Source of the DNA: Felis catus
Taxonomy: Eukaryota
Length of the DNA stretch: 64,000 nucleotides
Reading direction: 5' to 3'
Assembly: GCF_018350175.1 (NCBI RefSeq)
Contig: NC_058368.1
Span: 59,336,001 to 59,400,000, forward strand
Shown: piece by piece, positions 51,311-63,647 of the stretch
How the letters are laid out: each line of letters opens with the position of its first letter
Numbering within the stretch: position 1 is the first letter of the stretch
The notes under the pieces: model-generated
What the model was told of the DNA's origin: nothing
The model's input: only the letters and a program-made list of their open reading frames with translations
Database searches by the model: none
Made by a program: the position numbers and the translations under genes

Positions 51311-52439
51311 TTTGGATAGTCCCTGGAGTTGTGTGGGACTTGGGGCACTTCCCCTGTGCTGTCTTGAATAACTTGCATTGGTGGGCGGGGCCGTAGTCAG
51401 ACCTGATGTCTTCCCCCAGCCCACTGCTGGGACCACAGTCAGACTGGTGTGTGCCTTCTCTTGCCCTCTCCTAGGGGCGGGATTCACTGTGGGGTGGCGT
51501 GGCCCGTCTGGGCCACTTGCACACTGCCAGGCTTGTGGTGCTGGGGATGTGGCGTATTAGCTGGGGTGGATTGGCAAGGTGCACAGGGGCGGGAGGGGCA
51601 GGCTCAGCTTGCTTTTCCTTCAGAGATCTGCTTTGGGAGGGGCCCTGAGGCACCAAGAGGGAGTCAGACCTGCCAGAGGGATGGATCCACAGAAGCACAG
51701 TGTTGGGTGTTTGTGTGGACCAGCAGCATCTTTAAAGCCCATGTTTCTACCAACAGTATCTTCAAGACAACTTAGATTGTTCTACTTCTAAAAATTCCTC
51801 TAATCTATGTTTTTGTCCCCTTCCAACTCCACTTAGATATATTTAGGTATTCATTATGGCAGCTTCCCAGTTATATATACCAGAAACCTTACTGCTTAAA
51901 ACAACTCCTGTGCATTATCTTATACTTAATGTGAGTTAGAAATCTGAGCATGGTAAAACTGGATTTTTTGCTTAGGGCTTAACAAGTTTGTAATTAAAGT
52001 GTTGGTCTGGCTGAATTGTTTTCTAGAACTAGGTGCTCCTAGAGCTCTTTCAGAGATTTTTTCAGAAATCAGTTCCCTGTGGCTCTGAAACTGAGATTCC
52101 TGTTTTTCTTGCTGGCGGGAAGGTTCTGTTAGAGACTACACTTAGGTCCTAACCACATTTCTTTCTTATAACATGGTGGCTTTCTTCTTCAAAACCAGTA
52201 GGAGAATCTTACTCCAACTTACTGTAAAGGAGTTGTATAGTAAAATATGTTGATGGCAGTGACTATCCCATAACCTATTACATGTAACAACTTATTCAAG
52301 AGAATACTATCCATCATATTCACAGGTCTTAATCGATACTCAGAGGGAAGGTGTTTTACAGGGCACGGACAACAGAAGGTAGGAAATTTGGGTGCCATCT
52401 TATAATTTTATACCATGCATCTTTAACTTTTCAGTCTAC

Positions 52440-54040
52440 CTTCAATTAGTTTTACCATTTAGCCTATAGAATAAGAACCTTACACCAGTAAGTGATTTGT
52501 GTTATTATGATATTGGTGTCATGCATTTCAATATTGCATATAGTATAAAGCCCACAGTGCACCGTATTACTTTTGTTTGAAACTGTCAGTTATATTGTAA
52601 AGATATTTAGGCAATAAGGAAAATAAATGGTTTATATATTTCTACATATTTATGACTTTTGCTGTACTTCATTTCTTTATTTAGATCAATTATTGGTCTA
52701 ATATAATTTCTGTTCCTATCCTTGCTTATAATGTAGGTGTTCTCTTGAGTAAACTTGCAAGATTTGTATGCTTAAGAAGATACTGTCTATACATATAGGA
52801 TACTAGTTCCCTCTGGTTTTGTTTTGTTTCTCCTATCAATACTTTAAATCTGTTGTTCCACTGTTTTCTGCTTTGCATTGTTTCTGAGCAGAATTCTGAT
52901 TTGATTCTTATTTTTGTTTCTTTATATGCAGTGTGTCTTTATTCTCTGGCTACTTTTAAGATATCTTCTTCATGGTTATTGTAAACAATTTGATTATGAT
53001 TTACCTGGATATAGTTTTCTTCGTGTGTGTATGTGTGTGTGTGTGTGTGTGTGTGTTTCATTAATATTGTTGGATATATGAATTTATAGTTCTCACCAAT
53101 TTGGAACATTCTTAGGAGCTGTTACTTGAAATATTTCTATGTGTCCCTTTCTCTTTGCTATCCTTCAGGGACTCCAATTATGTTTGCAATATTTAAGTAC
53201 ATCTAAGTATTTTAGTCTGTTTGAAAGTTTCCTAAAGTATACTAATACTTTATGACTTTTAAGACCATTTTTTTCCACTTTCAGTTCCACGTTTGATAAT
53301 TTCTCTTCTTTTGCCTTCAGGTTTACTAATTGAACTTCTTTCCATCAGTGTCTACTACCAATAATTTGAGTGCATTTGTCATCTCTGACATTATGTTTTT
53401 CATCCCTAGAATTTTAATTTGGTTATTTCTTAATAATATTTTTTTATTTCTTTTTGAGACAGAGACAGAGCATGAGCGGGGGAGGGGCAGAGAGAGAAGG
53501 AGACACAGAATCCAAAGCAGGCTTCAGGCTCCGAGCTGTCAGCACAGAGCCTGACGCAGGGCTTGAACTCACAAACCGCGAGATCATGACCTGAGCCAAA
53601 GTCGGCTGCTTAACCGACTGAGCCACCCAGGCACCCCTAATTTGGTTATTTTTAAAATATCTTCTATTTCCCTACTTAACATACCAAATCTATATTTCTC
53701 TACTATCTTTAACATATTCAGTATAGTTATAGTAGCTTTTAATATCCTTGTTTATTAATTCCACTGTGTTGCTTATTAATTCCACTGTGTTATTTCTGGA
53801 TCTGTTTCTCTTGATTATTTTTTTATCCTCACTATGGATTTTATCTTCCAGCTTGTTTGCATGCAACCAATATTTTGTTAGATGCCAAAAATTGTGAATT
53901 ATACCTTGTTAGGTTATGCATATTTTTATACCGTTGTAAATTTTCTTGAGTTTGTTATAGGACTCAATTAAATTCTTTGGAAACATATTGGAAGTTCAGA
54001 AGCTGACTTTTATGATTTGTTTGGAAGGACCAGAATAAAT
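52440..54040 (-). mobile_element. Ancient L1M ORF1/5' region remnant, with (GT)n at 53023-53056
   Basis: ttgttccactgttttctgctttgcattgtttctgag, ccttcagggactccaattatg, ttagatgccaaaaattgtgaatt. Confidence 0.7.
53432..53637 (-). mobile_element. CanSINE (felid)
   Basis: TSD taatttggttattt. Confidence 0.97.
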
Positions 54041-54676
54041 GTTAATTCAGAGCATGCAGTGAACAGAAAAGTGAAACTTAGGTGTTACTGTTGATTCCCT
54101 GGGCTCATTTGATACAGGATGTTACTTGTCACTTCTACTCTGTAAGCCATTCAGATGTATGTAGGGCAGCAAAATGACATTTTGGGTCCTGTGGTGTCAG
54201 TGACAGTTCAGAACTTGTAATCAGCACCTTTCAAAGTATGTGAGAAATTTCCTCACATACTTATAGAGTGATCACTTACTCATATAAATGGCCTTAAATT
54301 CCTCTGGTAAATCATTAAAGAAATCCGTACTTTATATATTAGCTATCATATTGTAAGTATCATCTTTTCTCAAGTGGACCCAGATACTCTTTTCAATCAG
54401 GGAGCTTTGAGTCTGGGCACTGTCTTGAATCTGGAACTAGGTAAAGAATGGTGTATTTCATACTATGGTGGCTGACATCACCCTTTTTCATCATCTGTTC
54501 CTGAGCATTTTATTGTATAGAAAAAAAATAGAATTATGCTACTTGAAATACACATACTTTGTTTTAAATTTTCTAGGTCTAGAGATATAAACACATCCTA
54601 AATTGAACTTTTAGATTTTATATCACATTCAAAGTTTTAAGATGATAGATTATGTTATCATCACAAAACAGCTTCA

Positions 54677-54790
54677 GGGGAGCCTGGCTGGCTAAGTAGG
54701 TAGAGCATGAAACTCTTGATTTCAGGGTTATAAATTTGAGCCCCACCAGATTGGGTTAGGGAGTACTTAAAAATAAAATCTTCAAAACAA
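54677..54790 (+). mobile_element. Short tRNA-like CanSINE (old)
   Basis: ggggagcctggctggctaagtaggtagagcatg; TSD acaaaaca(g/t)cttca. Confidence 0.85.
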
Positions 54791-55597
54791 AACAAAACAT
54801 CTTCAGTTTAAGGTCTTGGCAATAAGGGGGCTGGGAAAAGCTGTGTAATCATTATGCCTGATTCCTACAATATTCACATGATAAAGATATGGAGCGGTAT
54901 TTTTATTAGCTAATTAATTGAGTATGATATTTTAGCATTCTCATTATTTCTTAGTGGAAATAGAGAATTTAAAAAAGTTTCCTGATATATCCAAAAGGTT
55001 AAATACGTTAGCATATATATTTAATTTTGTTTAGTTTGTCTATAAAAGGTATGTTATTCTTTTGTTTTAACTAAAATCTTTTTCCATTAACAACTATGTC
55101 AGTTGTCTTGTATTATAAAACTTAGAAACATTACCTTAATTCCAGCTTAAAAACTAGGACACCTAAAGAAACATTATTAAAAAAGAAAATCTTACTGCCA
55201 TTAGCAAATTGTCAACCTCTGATAATAGAGTTAAATAAATCAGTGTTAATGATTTTAGGCATAAGCATGGTTTTACGTGTAATTCAGAATCAAAATCATG
55301 TTAGATTTATTTATCAATGTGTTTTTATTAGGAAAATATTAATAAACATTTTTAAAAAGTTAAATTTAGACCTTGAAAAGGTATTCATATGTGAAAACCT
55401 TTGATTTTCCTTTTATGTCATAATTAACTATTCAAATTCTAGAGGAGAAAATAGTACCCAATGCATAATAAAATAATCCAGTTTGCAGACAAAATAATCT
55501 GACCATGTACTTTTGTAGGAACAGAATTGACTATATGTAAAGTTGATTTCCTTCATGAAAAAAAAAGTTTCAATAGCGCCAAGTGTTTTAAAGCATT

Positions 55598-56250
55598 AAG
55601 ACATACCTCCTTTTATTGTGCTTTACAGATAGTGTGTATTTTTTACAAGTTGAAGGTTTATGGCAACCCTGCATGGAGCAAATCTATCGGTGCCATTTTT
55701 CCACCAGAATTTGCTCACTTGGTGTGTCTGTGTCACTGGTAATTCTCACAATATATCAAACTTCTTCATTGTTATATTTGTTACAGTGATTTGTGATTAT
55801 GGATTATGAATCACTGAAAGTTTGGATGATGGTTAGTATTTTTTGTCAATAAATTATTTTTAAAATAATTTTTAAGTTCTATTTATTTATTTTGAGAGAG
55901 GGAGAGAGAGCATAAGCAGGGAAGGGACAGAGAGAGGGAGAGAGAAATCCTAAGCAGGATCCAAATGTCCCTACAGAGCCTGCTGTGGGGCTCAAACTCA
56001 TGAGCCATGAGATCAAGATCTGAGCTGAAATCAAGAGTCAGACACTTACTTAACTGAGCCACCCAGGCACTCCAATAAACTATTTTTTTTAATTAAAGTA
56101 TGTGCCTTGTTCTTTCAGATACAATGCTATTACACATTTAACAGACTACAGTACAGTGGAAATATTAAATTCATTTGACTTGTTTTATTGTGACATTTGT
56201 TTTTTGCAGTTGTCCAGTACCAAACTGCAATATCTCCAAGGTATGCCATG
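55598..56250 (+). mobile_element. Tigger1 internal-deletion derivative, SINE-interrupted
   Basis: Termini catacctcc / aaggtatgcc; ttacaagttgaaggtttatggcaaccctgc; aatgctattacacatttaacagactacagta. Confidence 0.85.
55862..56072 (-). mobile_element. CanSINE (older)
   Basis: TSD caataaa(t/c)tattttt. Confidence 0.93.
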
Positions 56251-57744
56251 CCTGTTCTGTGTTTTGTTTTTGTTTTTCGTTTGTTTGTTTTTTCAGTAAG
56301 TTTGAATACAGGAGATTATGCCAAACTCCTGGCTAGTTTATACAATCCATTATCTGTGGTCCTCATTTCATACACACTTGTCATATATTTTTTTCATGCT
56401 TTTTGATCCAAGAGCAACTATATCTTTATGCCAGTATGTTGTCAATATTTCATATGGAGGTACTTGAAAATATTTGTGTTTTAAGATCAAATTTTGTTGT
56501 AGTTAAGAGATATTTTGATGGAAGTTTTTAGTAATAATAGAAATAAATTGTAACATTATTCTTACAGTGAAAAAGTAAAAGAAATATAATATTAGATAGT
56601 TTTATTATACATATTTATTAAATTTGTCCAAATAAACAGAATTTAGAATTTGTTATGTGACTTCAAAGCTATTTCAATTTCTAATTAAAATCAAATTTTT
56701 GGTTTTTGTTCTTTTTTCAAGTTTATCTATTTCTTAAGGCTCTTAAAAATTCTGTTATTGAAAATGAGAGAAATGGTACTATATATTGCATAGTAATAAT
56801 TAGTTCCTTTTATCAAACCAATGTGTGTATAATACACTGATAGAAAATTTCTGCTTCCACAGTAGTTAATTAAAAAATGCTTTTGAAGAAATCCATTTAT
56901 TCTCTCCTTACCATTTGCCTAAAGGCAAAGGAATTTCTACATAGATCAAAGGAATGATTGTAGCTATTTCCCTTGTCTGGGAGTTATGACAGTCTTTACA
57001 GGCAGCTGGTATAAACACGTTCCGTTTTTACATACTTGTCATTGAATGTTTCACATACTAGACCTTAAGTGATTTTTAAGTTGATGTACATGCTAAACTG
57101 TAAGTTGTGTGATTGATCATTGTGGAATTTCTAATAATGTAGCTTACTAAATAAATATTGTACTATCATATAAAGGCATATTTTATTTTACTTTTATCAT
57201 TAATAAAACCTACTTTAACACTATATCTGGGTATTTATATCATTTATGGTATTAAAAGTATAATTCCCATTATATTCTAACATTTAAGATTATTAATTGG
57301 TCATTTCAAATATATAGTACTCCCATAATTGAAATAAATTTGGTGGTGAACCTCAAGCATCAAATTTCCTGAAATAAATATTCATATAAAGTATTTATGA
57401 TGATGCCCATAGGTATAATTTACAATGTTAATGTTGAAAATTATGAGTTAGGAGAGGATATGTGTGCTTATTACATAATGATATATTTATGGCTCTTGAA
57501 CCACTCAAGAAATCTTGGTATCCTGCGAATATACATTAATTTATTTATTAAATATAATTGAATCATTTAGTTACTCTGTATGGTTTATATAATCGATATT
57601 ATTTTAGTATATGTTTTTTTATACCATAAAAAATAAATATAGTGAAAAATACTGTACAAATACCCAGATGTGTTAATATTATATATTTTAACATATTACG
57701 TAGTGATATTTCATAATCATTGGCCAAAAACAGTGGTTTTCTTT

Positions 57745-57963
57745 TCTTTTTTTTATTTTAATACTTTTTTAATGTTTATTGTTGAGAGAGACAGAGCACA
57801 AGTGGGGGAGGGGCAGAGAGAGAGGGAAGCACAGAATCCAAAGCAAGCTTCAGGCTCTAAGTTGTCACCACAGAACCTGACATGGGACTCAAACTCATGA
57901 AGCATGAGATCATGACTTGAGCTGAAGTTGGTCACTTAACCAACTGAGCCACCCAGGTGCCCC
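57745..57963 (-). mobile_element. CanSINE
   Basis: TSD aaaaacagt(g/a)g(t/a)tttctt. Confidence 0.95.
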
Positions 57964-58012
57964 TAAAAACAGTAGATTTCTTAGATGGCAAAATTATTTA
58001 AAAGTCTTTCCT

Positions 58013-58223
58013 GGGGCACCTGGGTGGCTCAGTCGGTTAAGCGTCCGACTTCAGTTCAGGTCACGATCTCGCGGTCCGTGAGTTCTAGCCCCGCGTGGGC
58101 TCTGGGCTGATGGCTCAGAGCCTGGAGCCTGCCTCCGATTTTGTGTCTCCCTCTCTCTCTGCCCCTCCCCCGTTCATGCTCTGTCTCTCTCTGTCTCAAA
58201 AATAAATGAAACGTTAAAAAAAA
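58013..58223 (+). mobile_element. CanSINE (young felid); its tail continues at 58478-58499
   Basis: Outer TSD taaaagtctttc at 57999 and 58500. Confidence 0.97.
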
Positions 58224-58233
58224 TTTTTTTTTT

Positions 58234-58477
58234 ATTTTTATTTTTTATTTTTTTTTTTTTTAAATTTTTTTTTTCAACGTTTATTTATTTTTGGGACAGA
58301 GAGAGACAGAGCATGAACGGGGGAGGGGCAGAGAGAGAGGGAGACACAGAATCGGAAACAGGCTCCAGGCTCTGAGCCGTCAGCCCAGAGCCTGACGTGG
58401 GGCTCGAACTCCCGGACCGCGAGATCGTGACCTGGCTGAAGTCGGACGCTTAACCGACTGCGCCACCCAGGCGCCCC
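58234..58477 (-). mobile_element. CanSINE (young felid) nested in the tail of the previous SINE
   Basis: TSD A8T10 at 58216-58233 and 58478-58495. Confidence 0.96.
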
Positions 58478-58557
58478 AAAAAAAATTTTTTTTTTAAAAT
58501 AAAAGTCTTTCTTGCATCATTTAAAATTTTAAACTCCTAGAAAATATAAATGTTTTT

Positions 58558-58751
58558 CTTTTTTTTATGTTTATTTATTTTTGAGAGAGATAGAGCACAA
58601 GTGGGGAGGGGCAGAGAGAGAGGAAGACTCAGAATCTGAAGCAGGCTCCCGGCTCTGAGCTGTCAGCACAAAGCCTGATGTGGGGCTTGAACCCATGAAC
58701 TGTGAGATCTTGACCTGAGCTGAAGTCGGATGCTTAACCAACCAGGCACCC
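58558..58751 (-). mobile_element. CanSINE
   Basis: TSD aaatataaatgttt. Confidence 0.95.
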
Positions 58752-60307
58752 TGAAATATAAATGTTTCTAAGTATGTTATGATAACCTACCCATTTTCAT
58801 GAGAGGTATGGTATTTTATAAACACTTGAAAGAAAACCATCTCGTAAAACACAAGACAATTTTTACAGACCCCTTTTGCCAAATTCAGTATTTTATCCAC
58901 AAACATTTCTGAACAAAATTGCTTTATAAACTTTCTTTGACAGCTCTGGCTGTTCTTCTTTTTTATGCAATTCAAAGTATACCACATGACAAAGACTATA
59001 TATAATGACTTCAGTTGTACTGGTCATCCCTGTTTACCTTTCCCACAAAGTAGCCCCTCTGGTAAGTGTTTCACTTTTAACCCTTAGGAATAATTTGCAT
59101 TTGGGGCAGAGATACTCATTACTCTATGGCATACCTGTCCTGGTTTATGAGTACCTAACAGAATATTAGCTTGCATGTTTTTCTTCTATTGTTTACATCC
59201 CAGTGACTTGATGTTATCTTGATATTTACCCAGTGGACACAACCTACTACAGCATCAGTTATCAAAGCTTTTATAACAAATTCCATAAAGAAATCCCATC
59301 AGTGGTGGTTCCAGATGGTTTAAAAAAAAAAAAAAAGAAAAGACATGAATTTCAATTTTTTTCTTTAACTTAACCTTTATGTCATCTTACCATATACCTC
59401 AACTACTCCCCTTTCCCAAACTGCAAAAAACATTGGGTCTTGAAGTCTTTTTTCTCCCCCAAGCATTTTTCAGTTATTTTTGTGTTTTTATTGTGGTTGT
59501 CATTTATTGGTTGGTTGGTTTGTTGTTCCTGGAACCAATGTTTACTTCTTTTATGATTTATCTTCAGTTGATTAGAACTATTGAGCCACAAAACATCCTA
59601 ATTCATAATCTTGGCAGATACTGTCTTGCAACACTAAAATGGGTTATTTAAAATATCTACTGTGAGATTCTGCTTAAATAGCTGATTCAGCAAATTCCTA
59701 TGCAGTGTAAATGCAGTTGCTCATTGAACTTTCCAATTGCCAATTTTGTTATAGCAGCATTTTCATGGCCGCTAATTCAGTGACCACCCATGCATCTGCT
59801 CTTCAACCTTCAAAATACCTTTTTCTAAATATTCACTACTTTTCCTCTCTTTTCTTCACCAAGTTTATACCTTCAAAAAGTCATTTTAATGGCGTGTGGG
59901 AAAAGATTATATAAATGAGTATATTTAATCTGTCATCTTTTATCAGAAGTCAGCAGTATATTTTATCTATAGCAATGGAAAGAATTATTTTTTGGGAAAT
60001 ATTATAAGAGAAAATTTATTTTACCTTAGAAATTTTGTGAGTGAATATCTTAAAGTCAGGAATGGAAATCCAACATGCAGTAAATATTTTTAAATTAAAG
60101 GCAACAGGAGGATTTAAGAATATGGTGGTACTTACTGAGATGAGCATGCTTTTATTACTTGACTGGATATTCTGTGCTTATTCATATTTTTATTATGGAA
60201 TTATTCTGTTCTTATTTAGTTTGCACTAGAATTGATTTCTCATTCAAGCTGTCAGAGTACACAGTATCCATTCACACCTTATTACGAATCTGTCAAAAAT
60301 TAACACT

Positions 60308-61079
60308 TTTTAAGTGGAGCGCAAGGTGCTGGAAGGTGAGCTGAGGTTCAGTAACTGCCCAAGAGAACGTGAGCAGAGAAGTTTATCACTCTCAGGTTCT
60401 GAAGGAAGTGCATGGCATGCCCCAGGGAACCACACGGGGAGGTAAAGGCAGGGTGCAGGCAGAGAAGGTAGAGATACAGGCAGGACCTAGGGTATTTTCC
60501 TTTTAGAGTTTGTGGGTGGAATTATTTGCAGTTCCTGAGATAGGCCAGGTTGGAAAACTCAAACCTAAAGAGCAGATTTTGATAAGCTCCTCTGGGGTCT
60601 TATCGAAAGTGTGCAAAAGAGGGGGATCCTGGTTGGCTTAGTCTGTTGAGTGCCTGACTTTGGCTCAGGTTATGATCTCACAGTTTGTGAGTTTGAGCCC
60701 TGTGTCAAGCTCTGTGCTGACATCTCAGAGCCTGGAGCCTGCTTCAGATTCTGTGTCTCCCTTTCTCTCTGCCTCTGCACCCCTCATGCTCTGTCTCTCA
60801 AAAATAAATAAATAGTTTTAAAAAATTTAAAAAAATAAAAAAAATTTTAAAAAAGGTGTGCAAAAGGGGAAGGCGTTGAGAATCAGAAGAGATTGTTGAT
60901 CACAAGGGCTATTGGGAAAGTCTTATCAAGAATTTACATTCCCTTGTGACCATGTTTTTCTGTCTAGGGAATCTTGTTTGAGGGGCTAGTGTTAAGTTTA
61001 AGGCTTCTGCAGGTTCCTGGGCCACACAAAATGGATGCTGAGGCAATTGTACTGTGGAGTATTTTAGCTAAACTTGGCA
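60308..61079 (-). mobile_element. ERVL solo LTR (MER73/MER74/MER54 group), SINE-interrupted
   Basis: Minus strand begins tgccaagtttagctaaaatactcc..gcctcagcatccattttgtgtggcc and ends cagttactgaacctcagctcaccttccagcacc. Confidence 0.7.
60621..60853 (+). mobile_element. CanSINE
   Basis: TSD aa(a/g)gtgtgcaaaag. Confidence 0.95.
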
Positions 61080-61379
61080 TTCACCTTTAGCTAGAAGAAA
61101 CAGTGACTACTACTTTTGTCTAAGGCAGGCCCAGGGATTGTCAACCTCTGTGAGTCCGTAGGATGAAAGCCATTTCCTACTTTCTTGAGTCATTTCTTAA
61201 TCAGAAATATTTAAATTATATCATTCTTACAGATGTCTGTCTAATCCCAATTTTGACTGATAGCTTATTACATTGCATCATAATAAGTGAAGAGTTCATG
61301 CATTTACAAACAGTGATTTGGTTATGTGATTTAATAAAAGAGAATAACTTAAGTGAAACAATCCTTTAGATCAGTTTAA

Positions 61380-61600
61380 TTTTTTGTTTTTTAATGTTTG
61401 TTTATTTTTGAGAGACACAGAGACAGAATATGACTGGGTTAGGGGCAGAGAGAGAGGGAGACACAGAATCTGAAGCAGGCTCCAGGCTCTGAGCTGTCAG
61501 CACAGAGCCCGGCATGGGGCTTGAACTCACAAGCTGTGAGATCATGACCTGAACAAAGTTGGATGTGGACGCTCAACTGACTGAGCCACCCAGGCACCCC
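61380..61600 (-). mobile_element. CanSINE
   Basis: Perfect TSD tagatcagtttaa. Confidence 0.96.
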
Positions 61601-62611
61601 TAGATCAGTTTAAAACTGTTTCAGAGGAGTACTTTCCTAAAACATAATAGAGTACAATTAAAGCATTTTGTAGAGAATTTCTAACATTAGAGTTTACTAT
61701 ATTTCCTTCTTTTGTTTCAAGTTTTAAAATATTTGTAGTTATTTGTAATTATTCTTTCCAGTGATTTTTTTTTCTTTCAAATTAGGTCAGTGATGGAAAG
61801 AAGAAAGAAAACTTCCATCCCCATCACACAAATACAATTATAATGGGGTCAGATGAAAAGTTAGTAAGAGATGTCCCAGTTTCTTGACTAAATAAATTGG
61901 TTCTTTATACAATAGTACAGTTTGCCTTAGAGGATTCATCAACAAAGAAAGATAGCTCTCCTTTTTGGGATTTTCTGTTTACCATTTGTAAGGTCATATT
62001 TCCTGTCAACCAGCAAGAGATTCCAATAGTAATTGTTTTGTCACTCAAAAAAATGAAATTTCTGTAACTATTTGGCAACATATAGCCATGAGGCTACCAT
62101 AGCAAATTAAAGCCATTTCTGTTCAAGTGACAAATATGCTTTATATCCAAATGGGAATACCCTTTTAAAATAGTTTGTTACTTCATATATTTTTGTTTTC
62201 ATTAAAGTGACTGAACATTTTATTCTATCATGAGTCTCATATTTCAGAAATCATGAAGATTTGTATTCAGATAATTTAATGTTAAAAATAGTTTTCCTAG
62301 TAACAATGCAAATAAATTTAATTTATTTAACTAATTTAAATGTTAATAAAATTCACTTAAATAATTACAGTTATAAAAAATGAGTTCCTAGTAAAATAAT
62401 AAATACATTATCCATGCAGATGAAGTTATTACATTTAATCTAATATAATGCCAGCATTGAGACTCAAACTCTGTAGATTCGTCTGATAGTAGACTAAATT
62501 ATTTTTGTTGACAAGAATCTACTTATATTAATGTATAAGGAGCCTATTAGGAAAAGAGTTCATTCTCTAAGAATATCTTTAATAAAATTAGGCCTAATAC
62601 TTTGTCATAGT

Positions 62612-62815
62612 TTTTTTTTTTTAACGTTTATTTATTTTTGACAGAGAGAGCATGAGCAGGGGAGGGGCAGAGAGGGAGGGAGACACAGAATCTGAAGCAG
62701 GCTCCAGGCTCTGAGCTGTCAGCACAGAGCCCGACGCAGGGCTCGAACTCAGACAGTGAGATCATGACCTGAGCCGAAGTGAGACGCTCAATCAACTGAT
62801 CCTCCCAGGCACCCC
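62612..62815 (-). mobile_element. CanSINE
   Basis: TSD tgtcatagttttt. Confidence 0.96.
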
Positions 62816-62869
62816 GTGTCATAGTTTTCTAAAGCAGATGGTTTTCTTGAGTAGGTCCCATTTTTTTAA

Positions 62870-63072
62870 ATCTTTTTTTTTAATGTTTATTTATTTTTGA
62901 GAGACAGAGTGAGAGTAGGGGAGGGGCAGAGAGAGAGGGAGACACAGAATCTGAAGCAGACTCTAGGCTCTGAGCTGTAAGCACAGAGCCCGACATGGGG
63001 CTCAAACTCATGAACGGTGAGATCAAGACCTGAGCTGAAGTCAGATGCTTAACTGAGCCATTCAGGTGCCCC
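62870..63072 (-). mobile_element. CanSINE
   Basis: TSD gtaggtc(c/t)catttt. Confidence 0.95.
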
Positions 63073-63445
63073 AGGTAGGTCTCATTTTTATAACAGTAAT
63101 AAATCAGAGGAGAAACTAAATAATAATACATATGTGTCAAAATAAGAATGCCATGGCACAAATGGAAGGAAATGCATCCTCCCCACTTAACAAAACATAC
63201 CATATGTAGTTCTAACAGAAAATGATATCCATGAGAAATAATAACTCTGCAGTGACAGAGCAAGCAATAGTGATGAAGAATTAGTATATTTGAATAATAT
63301 GTTCATGGAAGGGACCAGAAGTTTTCATGAAAAGACACATATCCTATGAGAACTGAAAGTTGAAAAAGTATGGTGTTCGGGGAATAGATGGAAGAAAATG
63401 TAATTGAAATAAGAAATAATAAGTATCATAGTAACACTCTATTTT

Positions 63446-63647
63446 AATGTTTATTTTTGAGAGAGAGAGAGAGAGACAGAGAGTGAGCAGGGGAGGGCAG
63501 AGAGAGAGGGAGACACAGAATCCAAAGCAGGTTCCAGGCTCTGAGCCATCAGCACAGAGCCCGAAGCGGGGCTCGAAATCACAAGCCGTGAGATCATGAC
63601 CTGAGCCGAAGTTGAATGCTCAACTGACTGAGTCACCCAGGCTCCCC
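63446..63647 (-). mobile_element. CanSINE
   Basis: TSD acactctattttaa. Confidence 0.96.

Larger units (their letters stand above)
46191..51718 (-). mobile_element. Near-full-length felid LINE-1 (~5.5 kb, ~410 bp of 5' UTR retained) with 3' transduction
   Basis: ORF1, ORF2, 3' UTR, two A tails; TSD acgagtagcatcttta (46175-46190) / accagcagcatcttta (51719-51734). Confidence 0.97.
44410..52420 (-). mobile_element. Disrupted MLT1 (MaLR) provirus: LTR remnant, internal region, LTR; split by a felid L1
   Basis: Similar LTR ends at 44427-44530 and 52255-52365 (gtgac..cat..cct...attcacaggtc...caggga..ttacag); MLT1-internal motifs cattatagcatcagctcaaag, agcataggac, attcaaaagggaagaatg, tttaggtatt..ttatggcagc. 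Confidence 0.6.

Noticed and set aside
60230..60340. Open-frame exon candidate ending AAG|GTGAGC
   Set aside because: The donor lies inside the LTR terminus and the peptide is unrecognisable
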